Positions 24,026 through 40,458 of a stretch of DNA of 64,000 nt are shown here, piece by piece. The position numbers and the translations under genes were made by a program. Each line of letters opens with the position of its first letter. Within the stretch, counting starts at the first letter, position 1. Source of the DNA: Eledone cirrhosa (Eukaryota); assembly GCA_964016885.1 (NCBI GenBank), contig OZ024744.1, forward strand, positions 36,270,001-36,334,000, written 5' to 3'. Under the pieces are notes generated by a model. The model had not been told where the DNA came from and made no database searches. It worked only from the letters and a program-made list of their open reading frames with translations.

Positions 24026-26970
24026 AGAAAAAAAGATGGTTAAAAGAGTTCCATGTATTTTATTATGCGCATTTCAAAAACAAATATCATCATGCAATAA
24101 TATTTGTGTTTTCATCAGATGAAATAGGAAGACATGATATGAAGGTTAAAAAACACTTGTGGAAAGTGCAGTTTTAAATCAACATATGAAAAGTAGTTTT
24201 AGATTGATGTGTGATATTTTGAAAAATATTTTTTTTTGTGAGGTGGGGAAAGGATGAAAAAGAGGAGGATATGAGAGTAAAAAGTGGAGAAGGAGGAGTA
24301 TAATGAGGAAGGATGAGATAGGAGGAGAAATGGGTGATAGAGAGAGAGAGATAGCTTTTATAACTGAGAAAAATGTATTGTTTTACATAGAGAGGTTGAA
24401 AAACCGTTGGAAGATAATGTATAAATTAAAAGAATTTGAAAATTAACGAAGAGAAAAAAAATGTAAAGTTAAGGTTTGTATATTGAAGGGTTTAATAATA
24501 TGTGCGATGGAAAGAAAATGTTAATATGTATTAAGAATAATATTTAAGGGTTTAATAATATGTGTGATGGAAAGAAAATGTTGATATGTATTATTAAAAA
24601 GAACAACAAGTAATGTAAGTAAGGATATATTGTGAGATGAGCATGAATAAGTTAGATGAAAGGGAGAAAAAAATAATGAATTGAGGATGAATAATCTAAC
24701 GTCAAAAAATGTTTATGTTTACGAAGGATTTTTACAAGGTGATATAAAGTAAGAATATATTGTATTGTGTAATAATTGTTTCTATGTCAGGCAACAGTGA
24801 GAAAAGGTACAGATTAGGGGTTAGACATTAAAAGAAAAAGAGAAGAAAGGGAAAATGAAGAAAGGGAAGTGATAAATAGGAGTGATATAGAATGAGTAAC
24901 AAGTATTATATAATGTATAATAAATAACTTTGAAATAAGGTAGAAAGATGGGTATATTTTTAAAGAAGTATATATATATATATATATGTGCCTTTGAGAA
25001 AAAGATTCTAAATTGATAAAGTTTTGGATATTAGCTGTATACTTTGTGGAATGTTTTGTAGAATTTATGCAAGCAGAGAGAAAACAAGTCAGTGCGTCTA
25101 TTTATTATAGAATCTAAATTAGATATAATGGTAAATTTTTCATTTAGACAGAGATTGCAAGTGTTGGATAGAGAACTGTTCAAGTATGAAGACGCAGAAG
25201 AAACCTTTTTCCAAAAGATGCTATATTTAATATTTTTGTCTTTCAAGGACCATATGAGTTCTGAGAGAGCCGTGTTGGTTCTTTTAAGTTTGTGTTTAAA
25301 AGACGAATGATGGTTATAAAGACGAGCTTTAAAGGAGGTGGAAGTGGAGCCAAAATAGGTGAAGGAATTGGTGTCAGTTATAACTTTACATTCGTAAATT
25401 AAGTTTTTATCAAGACAATGGTTGTTGAGAGGACATTTATTTTTAGCAGGGCAATTGCAATTGCGATTAGAGAGATTATTAATGAGTGACCTAGTGTTAT
25501 CTATAGAAGGAATTGGATTGGAGAAGTTATTTGCGATAGGAATAACAGTTTCTTGATTTAGAATGGGATTAAGAACATTTAGCGAAGTTGTGTTTGACGT
25601 TGTATTTGGGTTTGCAGAAATTAGCCTAGGGTTTACAATGACGTCGGGAGTACTATTACTATTATTATGATATTCAGTGTTGGAAGGAATAGATTTAGTA
25701 TTAAGTATTTTATTGTTGTGTTTTGAGATAATGTTGGAAATATTGGAGGATGTCGAATAGGAAAATTTTAGAGTGTGTTTGTTAAATATTTTACTATAGA
25801 TATGTGAGGGAGGGAAGCATTTATTTAAGGCACTAAAGAATAATTTAGGTATATTATTATTAATAGAGATGGAGAAAGGAGCATTATACGAGATTATGTT
25901 TTTGTATCTAGGTCTTTTATTAAAGTTATTGGAATGATCATGATTAATTATTCTACTGTAAGATCTTCTAGAATTTGTTTCTTTACTATATTTGATTTTA
26001 TCAGGATAGCCGGCTTTAGAAAGCGCGATATTATAGTAATTGGCGATAGCATCAAATATGTTTTTATTAGAAGATAGGTTAGATATTCTTTTTCCAATAT
26101 TACTAACTATAGCATTCTTGATATTAATGGTTAGATTTAAAATTAACATAATTTAGGTTCTCATTGTTTTTATGGTAAAGGTAATATAGGCCAGTGTCAA
26201 GATTAAGAGATACATCCAAGAAATTAGCTAGTTTGATGCTGTTATCAAATTCAATTTTTAGGTTATGTTGGTTAAAGAGATTGCGTATATTGTTCTTAAT
26301 AATATTAAGGTTAACTATGTTGCAATTTAAGATAGTAAAGAGTCCATCGTCACGATAAATTCCACCACGAAGTTGAGGAATTTTCCGACTCAAAGAGTTC
26401 AAAATAAAGATACCAATTAAATCTCTCAATTGGGATGAATCGGATGCTCCCATTGTGATGTTGAAGTTGTTAGAGGTATCGGCTCTGGTCCAATATTCAT
26501 TGTTGAACTCTAGGATGGTTTTACGTGCGGTGAGAATGATGTGAAGTTCATCTGTGGTGATGTCAGAATATTTAAGTGCGAAGGATAGAGCATTATTGAG
26601 AAGTGAAGGCGAAATAGAAGAATAGTAGCTGGCAATATCAAATTGAAAAAATTTTAGTTTGTTTTTATTATTCAATTTGTTGAACCAGCCAATCACTTCA
26701 GAAGTACCAAACCATACATTTAAGTTCAAAGAAGAGCAATTAGAACTAACCTGTGGGATAATTCTATCCAAGATGACTTTACTAACAACCCCCAGATCTG
26801 ATTTAGAGGGGGCGATTAATCTAACAGGTAGTTCAGTGCGAAAATTGTTTTTGTGATCCTCGTTTTTGTTCTTATATATTATGTATGCTCCAGTCCTACA
26901 AACTGTAGAGTGCTTCTTATCCGATATCTGCATTGCTTTATTGTACTACAATAAAACTCACCTCCTACAT
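24022..26970 (-). mobile_element. Penelope-like element (family D), 5'-truncated, RT (YRDD) + GIY-YIG, HHR in 3' pLTR, inverted pLTR piece at 26870-26970
   Basis: ORFs 26124-26933 (VRLIAPSKSDLG, FDIASYY, MGASDS, GIYRDDG, FLDV) and 25031-26149 (CNC..C....C, LIYEC, YFGST, FKARLYNH, CNLC..EK). HHR at ~24056-24126 on the minus strand. Confidence 0.9.
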
Positions 26971-26973
26971 ATA

Positions 26974-27011
<38 letters not shown>

Positions 27012-27029
27012 CATATATAGATATATATA

Positions 27030-27671
27030 TAGCATAAGATGTACTGAGGGACAATGTAAACATAAGAATATAATGTACATAAGTGAGACAGCTCTAACAT
27101 AGGAGACGATTAAATGAACACTGGCGAGATCTCCAAGATAGAAAAGACTCATCAATACTCCACCAACATGCTAAAATAGAACATAAGAACAAATTAGAGA
27201 ACATAGAGATAAAAATAGAATCTACTCACAGAAAAGACGCAATGTTTAGACAAATCACAGAGGCAATAAAAATAAATGATCCAACCAAAATTAAATAGAA
27301 AACATGAATGGAACAGCAACATCACAACTTACAATTAAGGACAAAATGAAAACACACACACATAGAACAAACAACCAACTGGTAACATGTAAATAAGCAA
27401 ATAAATAAACAAATAAAAATACACAGACACCCGGATGTAACACATGCGCAAACTAAGCACACAACACACACAAAACAAGATGGCGTAGGACAGAACAAAG
27501 GAGAGGCACAAAACAAAGAAAAGAATCCCAAGTCATTGAAGAGGTCACAGAATATATGAACAACCATCCGGTTGTAGAACCGACCAACTAGCCAGAAGTT
27601 TATAATAAATTGAAGTGAAAGCATATGGCGCGTGTGTTTCTTATTGGCAACATGACCCCATCCAAAGTATG

Positions 27672-27675
<4 letters not shown>
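27030..27675 (+). mobile_element. 3' fragment of the Naiad-type PLE family (GIY-YIG end + 3'UTR)
   Basis: YSIRCTEGQCKHKNIMYISETA and downstream sequence are collinear with the reverse complement of 49568-50350. Confidence 0.85.
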
Positions 27676-27723
<48 letters not shown>

Positions 27724-27799
27724 GAAGGAGGTGTGGTAAAGAACCAGATGGACCATAACGCATCAGAGTACTCAAAACTTTGGGTAGTAGAGGGGGGTA

Positions 27800-27918
27800 A
27801 TAGGAAAATGTTTAACGACGACGGCGGAGCTCAAGCCGTTTCGACGGCTATTTCTGAGTCCAGAAATAGCCGTCGAAACGGCTTGAGCTCTGCCGTCGGT
27901 GTTAAACATTTTCTTATA
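27800..27918. repeat. Near-perfect hairpin built on the 3' half of a hammerhead
   Basis: Arms ~27804-27852 and 27857-27913 with a 4-nt loop AGTC. The right arm reads GCCGTC-GAAA-CGGC-ttgagctct-GCCG-TC. Confidence 0.8.
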
Positions 27919-27921
27919 TAA

Positions 27922-27954
<33 letters not shown>

Positions 27955-28057
27955 CTGTGTAGACGACACACAAACACACACACACACACGTAGAGCCTGC
28001 GTTTTATGAGAGGTGAATATGTGTATGTACATGTGTGAACGCAAACGCGCAGGCTCT

Positions 28058-28115
<58 letters not shown>

Positions 28116-28278
28116 GCACAGATAAGTGTGCGATTAACGGCTCGGAATGTCTGTATATGTGTGAGTACACGTGCGTGTGGGTGTATATGGGTAGGGAGAC
28201 GGGGAAGCCAGGGTGTGGCAAGAGAGTTCATAAAACCTCTCCTACAGATAACAGTAATTTCTGGCGACTGGATTATTA

Positions 28279-28468
28279 GGGTGGTGGATTGGCAGTATCG
28301 GCAGAGAGTCGGACGCTATGCTTTGCAGCAAAGAGTTACGGCCCTTTATGGTCTGAGTTCGAATCGCGCCGAGGTTAACTTTGCCTTTCATCCTTACAGG
28401 GTCGAAATAAAGTACCAGTAATACACTGGATTATTGCTGGCCTTGTGCCAAAAGTAGAAACCATTATT
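28279..28468 (+). mobile_element. tRNA-derived SINE with Deu/Nin domain
   Basis: B-box GAGTTCGAATC; GCCGAGGTTAACTTTGCCTTTCATCCTTACAGGGTCGAAATAAAGTACCAG; tail GGCCTTGTGCCAAAAGTAGAAACCATTATTA. Other copies at 38211, 44199 and 56600. Confidence 0.82.
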
Positions 28469-28789
28469 AGCGTGACAGTTCACGCCTGAATGGAAATGGT
28501 CAGTGGGCAGATTTGAATGGTCATACACAAAGATGACGTCCCGAACTACCAACCAATCGAAGTACAGCGCAAGCAGGATGAAGGCAGATGATAGAAATTC
28601 GAAGGGTCAGAATCCAGCAGAAAGAGGATTTGCTTCGAAATCACTAGACGTATCTAAGGAACTTGCGAATCCAGAGTCAGGCTCGATCCACCAACAGATC
28701 GCACCTCCAGCTGTTCGCCAGAGGAACAATTGTAATACGTAATAAATTGTGTTCCGATGCATTACTGATTCTTCGTTTTCCATATTATA

Positions 28790-31305
28790 TCTATATATAT
28801 AAAGGGAAGATGGACATTGTTTGGTGTACCGAACTTGCATGCTACACCGTTCATCCAATTTTCATGAAACCTCACACATATATAAAACTCAACGCGTAGA
28901 GTGGAATAGGCTACTTGAAATTTTCGAAAAATCGATAATCGGGCCCTATGACAGAATGTTTTTCGATTCCAATGACATTTTATGTGAATTCGAACACAAG
29001 AACTCTTAGTTTACATCTGGCGCAAGAAAAATAAATTCCATATGCCATATAAGGACGTGCGTTATTGATTGGACGGCCAGCTGCATGTCTTCCCAGCTGT
29101 CTCAGTAAACTACCGACCATTAAAGAGTTTATCTTTTCATATTCCACCTTATTCAAGTGGAAATACAGTATTATCCCTATCTGAAAAGGGAACCAAATTT
29201 AATGGTGTCTTTTGTGATGCTAAAAGCTGTGAGTAAATTTTCAAACAGTCTTAAATAAACATGCTTTTTGAAAAAAAAATTACTAAATATTACGTTGACC
29301 AAGTTGTATTGTACACATACAAAGTTGTAAAAAATGTTACGTCGTACCAATGTTTTCCTTTTTTAAACAAAAGATTCTAAAAAGTTACTTAATTTATAAT
29401 ACAGTTTTTTGCACAGGAAGTGAGTAACTTTTCGGGTGTTTAAACGTAAGTTCGCCAGGGTTTGTGTCTTCATTATTAGCCCACCTCTAATGGCATTTTT
29501 TGTTGTGCTTACGTCTAAATGTTATGAGCGCATTTGCAATTAATTGCGCACACGTGCACACCTGCATGCAGATAGACACTGACAGCCAATAAAAAATCGA
29601 TAACTTGCTTATTAAGATATCGGTCAAAAAGAGAGATTGAATGTACTTTAGAACATTTTTTGAATATATTGTTCTTTTTGGCATGATATGTCAGAAATAT
29701 ACCTACTATACACTTTGGTTATTTTTTGTAACTAAAAAACGGTTCCTTTTGGGTGGATACTTAACGAGAAAAATCCTAGGGTTTTGGACAAGTTTGTTTC
29801 AGGCGCTGTATAGACGCCTATTTTCTCACACCTTGGTCATGAATTCGTATTCTTTTCCAATTGATATTTCCGCTCTATAAGACTCACCAGGATATAAGGC
29901 GTATCATTTAAAATCAGGTCCGCGCAACGGCGTGTAAGGCCAACCAGGAAAATGCTATCTTCTTTACTTTTAGTCTAGATCTATTACTTCTGTTAGAGCC
30001 GTGATTGATTACCATTGTATTATTTATACATAAGGCTCACCGGAGTATAAAGCGCAGAGCTGTTTTTTGATTAAATTTAATTATTTTAAGTGCAATTTAT
30101 AGACCGGAAAATTCGGTAAGTTATTGTAATCATATTTCCAAACCTTCCCATTCACCAGTAACCATGCTAACGTATCTGGTGTCATCTCTCTCTGTATTTA
30201 ATCACCTCTCTCTAACCTAACAGCTTCGTTACACGTCGTTATGCCCACACGGAAACGTTCAAGACTTAACTCCAAAAAAGGTACAGCTACTGCTTTGAGA
30301 CAACGAATTAGGTGTTCTCAGGTATGAGTTCATTCACAATTGATTAATCCTTTATGCAATATTCTTCCTTAATGTTAGCAAGTACTGCGTTTATCCTAAC
30401 TGTCATCACTTTTAAGCAACTACAACATTCTAATCGTAGCTATATTAAATTTATTGTCTTACCTTGATTCCCTTTTGTTCATGTTAGACTTTTCTCATTT
30501 ACTATTGACACTGCTATTGGCTTAGCTAACCAGTAGAATTAATTAATTTTCTCTATGAAACACCTGCTGAGCGCGAATCTCGACTCGCTGATAGACGTCT
30601 TTCCCGGCTGGTTGAGTCACCAACATCATGTACGACAAGGCTTGCTGATGTTCGCCTTCGTCGCCAACAAGCGCTGACGGAGGAATCACCAGCATCCCGT
30701 CAGACGAGACTTGAGGCTGTGGCAAAGGGCAATAACCCTAGATACAATTTTGATCAACTTTTTTTCACCTATAGCAAATTTACCGGGACAGATTTTTAGC
30801 TACTCAAATCTACTTCAGAGATCACGCATTGATGTAAAAAATCAATAAAACTGAAGCGGGGCTCGACTTTGCGCAAAAAAACAAGGCAAAGTTACACATG
30901 GGAAAACTGTTTACAGGAACGTCCTATATTCTTGAAAACTGTCACAAAAGACTCGCCATTATGCCGCGGTTAAGATAAAGGCCCTTTTAATTCTTCTTCT
31001 ACACATGTGAGCGCAAAAATTGTAAAAAAAAAAGAACCTTGAAAGTAATCGACATTTTCACCCTGCTTTAAATTAACTGAACATTCAATATCAAGCGATT
31101 TTGACTTCCGTCAGTCGTGCAGAGAACAATTTCAACGATACACTGTGTAACTACAATTAATAAATTACACACCTGTGTCTACTAACCTATTTTATTTCAT
31201 TGAAGTTCGAAGTTTTGAACCTGTGATGCGCGGGAAGTAACTTTCACACATTCTAACAGACCAAAGGTCGACTTACACCCGGGCAACGCCGGGTACTTCT
31301 GCTAG
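28790..31305 (+). mobile_element. Non-autonomous Helitron (~2.5 kb)
   Basis: 5' TCTATATATATAAA preceded by A. 3' hairpin ACCCGG-GCAACG-CCGGGT, then CTAG at 31302-31305, followed by T. This fits the A|T target with no TSD. Confidence 0.78.
29800..30118. mobile_element. pogo/Tc2-like DNA transposon right end nested in the Helitron
   Basis: Repeated TATAAG(A/G)C(T/G)CACC subterminal motifs, and TTTATAGACCGGAAAATTCGGTA whose reverse complement is TACCGAATTTTCCGGTCTATAAA (TIR-like). Confidence 0.5.
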
Positions 31306-31410
31306 TATATATATATGTATATATGTTTGTTCCCGAGGTATCTTTATTATATAGAAATGACTTCTACAAGATTAGAACTGTTTTATTCATATGAAATCAT
31401 AAAACGAATG

Positions 31411-31452
<42 letters not shown>

Positions 31453-32146
31453 GCATGTGTGTGTATGTCTGTGTGTGTATGTGTGTATGTATGTGTGTGT
31501 GTGTATGTGTGTGTGAAGCAGGCCACAGTTTGTATGATAAGAAATACTTTTAGTGTTAGTACTATAACATCAGTTTTAAAGATGAGTATTTAAATTGTTC
31601 CCCGAGGAGACGGAAGAAGTCATTTTCTCAGAAAACAGGAGTTTATTAGGCAGGGATAAGAGAATCGGTGTTCTTCAATGTTGGTATTTATCGATTAACA
31701 ATGGGATCTTGGATGAAGGTTTATTGTCCCAGAAACATTTGCTTCCCTGGTAGCAAACTGTTCATTGTTCTATCTATTGATCTAAACAAGCTTTGATAGA
31801 CGACTGGCATTTTTATCGATCTGACGAGTTTGAGCGACAAATAAGTTGTGATTTTAATTTATTTTGTATTTTGCCTAACAATAAGATTTATGCTGTCTGT
31901 AATCTATTTAGAGTATTCAACAGTTTTAATTTGAATTAACTGGGACACTGAAACTACTCTGCAGTAAACACACTCTCGCATCGTCTTTTGTGTAAGAATG
32001 TAAGACAGAAAAACAACATGACTGAACCCTTGAAAATAATAAAACAATAATACATATATTACTGAATGCGCGCACAGACACACCTACCCACTTTCTCTCT
32101 CTTTCTCTCTCTCTCTCTTTCACACACACAGACACACACACATACA

Positions 32147-32212
<66 letters not shown>

Positions 32213-32216
<4 letters not shown>

Positions 32217-32425
32217 CAGTCAATCGAGAAGATCTCAGACCTCATTTGCTTAAGGAGTTGGGTGGAGCTCGTCAAATTGGACCGAGGAAACAATGTTTCC
32301 ATTGGTATTTCCAATTGTTAATACTATCTACAGGTTACAAATCCAGGCAGAAGGAGCGACGATAAAGTGACTTGCTCAAAGACGTAATGCATCGGCATGT
32401 CCGTGATTTGAAATCACAACCTCAA
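32213..32425 (-). mobile_element. tRNA-derived SINE (CORE-like), 5'-truncated
   Basis: Reverse complement matches the body and tail of 33263-33480. Confidence 0.7.
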
Positions 32426-32593
32426 ACCTCTCTCTCTTTCTATATATATATTTGGTGTTGTTTTCTCAAAGGAAGCGGTGCTTTGAGAAAGCAACACCAA
32501 ATATCATCAACGAACATATAAAAAATCGAAATAACAGAAGTAAGCTTTATTCCATCGTTATGTTTTTCAGTTTTCTTTTTCTGTCAAAATCCA

Positions 32594-32650
32594 GCTGTCT
32601 GATGAGGTCAGAGCTTTTGCAATAGTTATCACCGAAATATGTATAACAGC
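32594..32650 (+). ncRNA. Minimal type I hammerhead ribozyme in a PLE pLTR fragment
   Basis: GCTGT-CTGATGA-GGT...ACC-GAAA-TATGTAT-A-ACAGC: stem I GCTGT/ACAGC, canonical core, short near-palindromic stem III. Confidence 0.8.
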
Positions 32651-33262
32651 GATTATAAATAAATGAAGTTAAATTTAAACAGTTGACTTACACTTCTTGT
32701 TTATATATATATATAAGTAAAACGGATATTCAATTTGTTGGTAATTCAACAAATATAAGTGTTTATAAGTGATTCAGAGCACTCGACAGTTTTCTGGAGT
32801 ATAATATTCAATGATATTAAAAAAATGGAAACCATATTTAGTCTATTATATATATTTCAAGGGTACCAAAAGTTTGGTACGCTTTCATCAGATAAAATAC
32901 GAAGTGTGTTTTATAAATTTTGACACAACCAAGAAAAATACCATAACGGTTCAAGTTTTCCTTGGATAGTGAAGGGATAAGAGAAGAAAAGTCAGATATT
33001 TCAAATTATTAAGATGAGTATGCAAATGAGGTTGAGGTAAATGGCTGAAAAAAAAACGTTATTTTAGACGCTCTGGAGAATTTAAATAATTAGGATACGT
33101 GCATGTATGCGTAGGAAAGAAGAAAGGGAAAAGGAAAAGGAAAAGGAAAAGGAAAAGGAAAAGGAAAAAGGAAAAGGAAGAAGCGCTTATATTTACGTTA
33201 ATTTTTGGGAAAAAGGTGGAATATGATTCTAGAGTTTAAATTTAAATTTATTTATCTATATT

Positions 33263-33480
33263 GTGAAGGCGTGTGGCTGAGTGGTTGGAGAACTGGATTC
33301 ACAATCGTGAGGTTGTGAGTTCGATTCCTGGACCGGGCAATGCATTTTTTCCTTGAGCAAGACACTTTATTTCAAGTTGCTTCTTCTACCTGGAGTTGCG
33401 ACCGATAGATAGTACTAGCAACTGGAAAGACCAACGGAAACATTGTTTCCTCGGTCCGATTTGACGAAAGTCGATCGATC
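33263..33480 (+). mobile_element. tRNA-derived SINE (CORE-like) with a two-hairpin tail
   Basis: A-box TGGCTGAGTGG, B-box GAGTTCGATTCC, TCCTTGAGCAAGACACTT. Confidence 0.85.
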
Positions 33481-33582
33481 CTTTACCTATATTATGATTT
33501 ATAATATTGTATATATATAATCAATTAGATTATATGAAGAATTATGGTTGTAAGTATTTTTATCTTATTACATTACAATAGG

Positions 33583-33723
33583 TTATATGTATATAAATAT
33601 CTATATAGATTAATAATTTATATGTATATAAATATCTATATAGATTAATAATTTATATGTATATAAATATCAATATAGATTAATAATTTACATTTATGTA
33701 AATATCTATATAGATTAATAATT
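33583..33723. repeat. 35-bp tandem repeat x4
   Basis: TTATATGTATATAAATATCTATATAGATTAATAAT repeated with period 35. Confidence 0.9.
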
Positions 33724-34115
33724 GTACATGCATTAGTATTATACAAATAGAAATAATTTACAATTATTAGTTGTTTATATTTCTAATATGAGTTACGAAG
33801 GAAGTTGATTTTGTATTTTACATAACAAAAACAGGTGGTTCAAGTTGTGAGAGAACAATTTGTAGATTCGAATATTTTGTTCAACATTGAAAATGTTTTC
33901 AGAATATTGTTAATTTAGCGAAGTTATATAGTTTATCGTACATATTATGTTTATGTTTGCACGATTGAGAAAGGAAAGATAACTCCAATCTTGTTTTATT
34001 TTATCTGATGAAAGCGTTCCAAAATTTTGGTACCCTTGAAATATATATACTAGAATAAATATGGTTTTATAAATATAGTCTCCATTTATTTAATATTGAA
34101 TCTCTCTCTCTCTCG

Positions 34116-35765
<1,650 letters not shown>

Positions 35766-35766
35766 A

Positions 35767-35849
<83 letters not shown>

Positions 35850-35946
35850 GTAGAACACTGGAAGGATATATCCGTAGTGGTAGAGCACTCAGTCCATGGG
35901 ATGAGTTAGGTAGAAGTGGTTACACAATAGTTAGTTCATCATACTG

Positions 35947-36039
35947 AGAACAATTGTTTCACCTTAGCGGATCCTCAACTCGTATAACCATGTCCATTAC
36001 GAGCTGAGGATCCGCTAAGGTGAAACAATTGTTCTTGGT
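35947..36039. ncRNA. Head-to-head pair of minimal hammerheads (PLE pLTR inversion)
   Basis: Plus strand: ACGAG-CTGAGGA-TCCGCTAAGGT-GAA-ACAATTGT-T-CTTG with palindromic stem III ACAATTGT. 35947-35984 is its reverse complement. Confidence 0.72.
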
Positions 36040-36064
36040 ATGGTGAACTTACTGTTGTGTAACC

Positions 36065-36191
<127 letters not shown>

Positions 36192-37645
36192 TATATAAGT
36201 ATTTCATAGATATAACTATATTTCAAAGCAATAAAATATGCATGTATACAAGTAGCTTAAATAGAAATGATGTGTGCAAAATGCCTCAAAATACATACAT
36301 TAAAATATTAAAGTATAGTTATATATTCTCTTCATATTCTTACTTTGAATATGGATACATGCTTTTACCTGGAGTGTGTATATAAAATTATATAGAAAGA
36401 CCTCGTCACCAAGTAATAGAATGACGGTATACGATAGCTGCTGCTTTTATATACGCCGCAGTAAACCAACAAAGATGTATCTCATTTACAATGAATATAT
36501 ATAACTGGATTTATTTTCTATGTTTCATCCAGTTTAAGCTATATGAAATTTTGCTGTGGACCTTCCTAATGTTCTACGCATATATTATACCACACAGTCC
36601 ATATAATACAGCCTGTATCACATAGGCTCAACCGCACATCACCAATTCCTTATGGTAAACCACATTGAATCTCCCCACCATTCAATCGTACAATTATACA
36701 TTTTCTACGCCTCATTCTACGTTCGCTTTATGTATATCAATGGTTGAAATAATAAATTAGTAGACATATAATCCAAAAAGTTATTCCGCGTTTCAAATAA
36801 AATATAGCGAAGAGAACAACAACAAAAAAATAACATAGCAAAAAAAAAAAAAAAATGAAGAGGAAAACAACACGGAAACTCAACTCCCACCCACCGGAGA
36901 TGGACAGCAAAATTCAGATACAATATAACAAAAGCATTTGAATGAAGAGCATTAAGCGTTTTCTAATGTATCGGCCATTTCACTTCCCATGACTCCGTTC
37001 TCTAGAGAAGTACCCTCACCATAATAACAATTCATCTCAGAAAAAGTAGACATTATGTTTTTTATTCGATCGTTATTATGATATTATGATACTTGTTTGC
37101 TGACTGTTTGTTAACAGTAAAATAACTAATAATCTACCAATACCACCATTTTTCTTGTTACTGATGTTATTACAGCTTGCAGCTATGTAAGTTTAGCTAG
37201 ACTTCCTCATAGAAAAACTCTAGCGTATTTTAATGGAAGGGGCTTCAATTCTATTATGAAAAGCAATGTGAAATGAAATGTCTTGCTTAATGACACAACG
37301 CACCATACGGTTCAGGTATCAAATCGATGGCATTATGGACATGAGATGAGCAGACTTCCCACGAGGGCACGAACCTTCACAATCCAATCACTTGTTTTAA
37401 TTTGATAATATTTTCTGAAGACGATGAACGTTCAATCCGTTACTTTTGAAGAATTAACTTGGCAATATTGCTAGATATTTTCTTGCTTCTAAAAAGCACA
37501 AACATTTTGAAAGGAAAAGCTTTCCTCTTCTAAACTACCTACACTTTCCATATGAAGGGCTGCATACAAAATATACTAATATTCTTTCATACACATATAC
37601 ATACATATACCAAGACGTACGGCATACAAATATATATATATACAT

Positions 37646-37845
<200 letters not shown>

Positions 37846-38210
37846 TTATATATATATAATATATATAATTTGTATGCGTGTTTGTGCTGAAGGCATCACT
37901 ACTTTCCAGTTCCAATTTCACCATTCGAATCTTTTAGTAATTTCTGATAAGGTCTCTGCAGTTCGTTTGGAATACCGTATGAAGTTAGAAAATTCGAATC
38001 ATCGAAACCCATAAAACGCAATCTCGACAAGAGTCTATAAAAAAACCCTTCTCTCCTCTCTCTAGAAACTATTTTAACTACACCGATATCTCTATTAACT
38101 ATTTTATTGTAGTATACGTTTACGTTTTTAATGTCCCATATCAATTTTTATTCCTACTTTTATTCTTCTTCTTATTTCCAAAAGGGCGGTAGATTAGACA
38201 AGGGTGGTGG

Positions 38211-38410
38211 ATTGGCAAAGGGTGGTGGATTGGCAGAATCGGTAGAGGGTCGTACGCTATGCTTAGCAGCATAGATTACGGGCCTTTATGATCTGAGTCC
38301 AAATCCCACCGAGGATAGCTTCGTCTTTCATCCTTACGGGGTCGATAAAATAAAGTACCAATAATACACTGGGAGAATTGCTGGCCTTGTGCCAAAAGTA
38401 TAAACAATTA
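38211..38410 (+). mobile_element. tRNA-derived SINE with Deu/Nin domain
   Basis: Collinear with 28279-28468. The 5' 19-mer AAGGGTGGTGGATTGGCA is duplicated. Confidence 0.8.
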
Positions 38411-38657
38411 CTACTTTCAACTTCTACTTCTCATATGTAACTCCCCATATATCAATCAAGGTACAATTCTGTCCCTGGCCAGATGGTAGAAATTTTAATA
38501 CAAACTATTTGATTTTAACTTCTCTTTTCTGCAGCGACACGGTTTAAGCTTGACTGTATGGCCTACACGTCATACACCACATCCTGAAATTGAATAGTGA
38601 CCATACTTGTCTCAATTAGTAAAGTCTTATACACTCACAACGTATATATATAATATG

Positions 38658-39861
<1,204 letters not shown>

Positions 39862-40090
39862 ATATATATATATATATATAAAATATATATATATATATAT
39901 ATATATATTAAGTATATAAATAGATAAATAAATGCCATTGTTAATTAATAAATAAATCAACTAACACCTTAACACTTCACACAAAATAAAACACTTCGTT
40001 TTAATCATTTTCTAACCCAGAAAAAAGAGAGAAGGAAATAAAAAAGGAAAAAAAAAACTTTTTTCTTCCTAATAATCGTCTCTTTCTCCC

Positions 40091-40458
<368 letters not shown>

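Larger units (their letters stand above)
32720..34095. mobile_element. PLE family E pLTR remnants in inverted orientation, each with a hammerhead (32843-32897 minus, 33998-34056 plus)
   Basis: TTTTAT-CTGATGA-AAGCGT(A/T)CCAAA..TTTTGGTACCCTT-GAAA-TATATAT-A on both strands. Confidence 0.75.

Noticed and set aside
33263-33335. tRNA genes (also 22470-22544 and 45100-45173)
   Set aside because: The A/B boxes continue into repeated SINE bodies and no full cloverleaf or acceptor stem is evident.
33583-33723. 35-bp repeats of CRISPR-like length
   Set aside because: Contiguous tandem units with no spacers, no cas genes, and a eukaryotic context.
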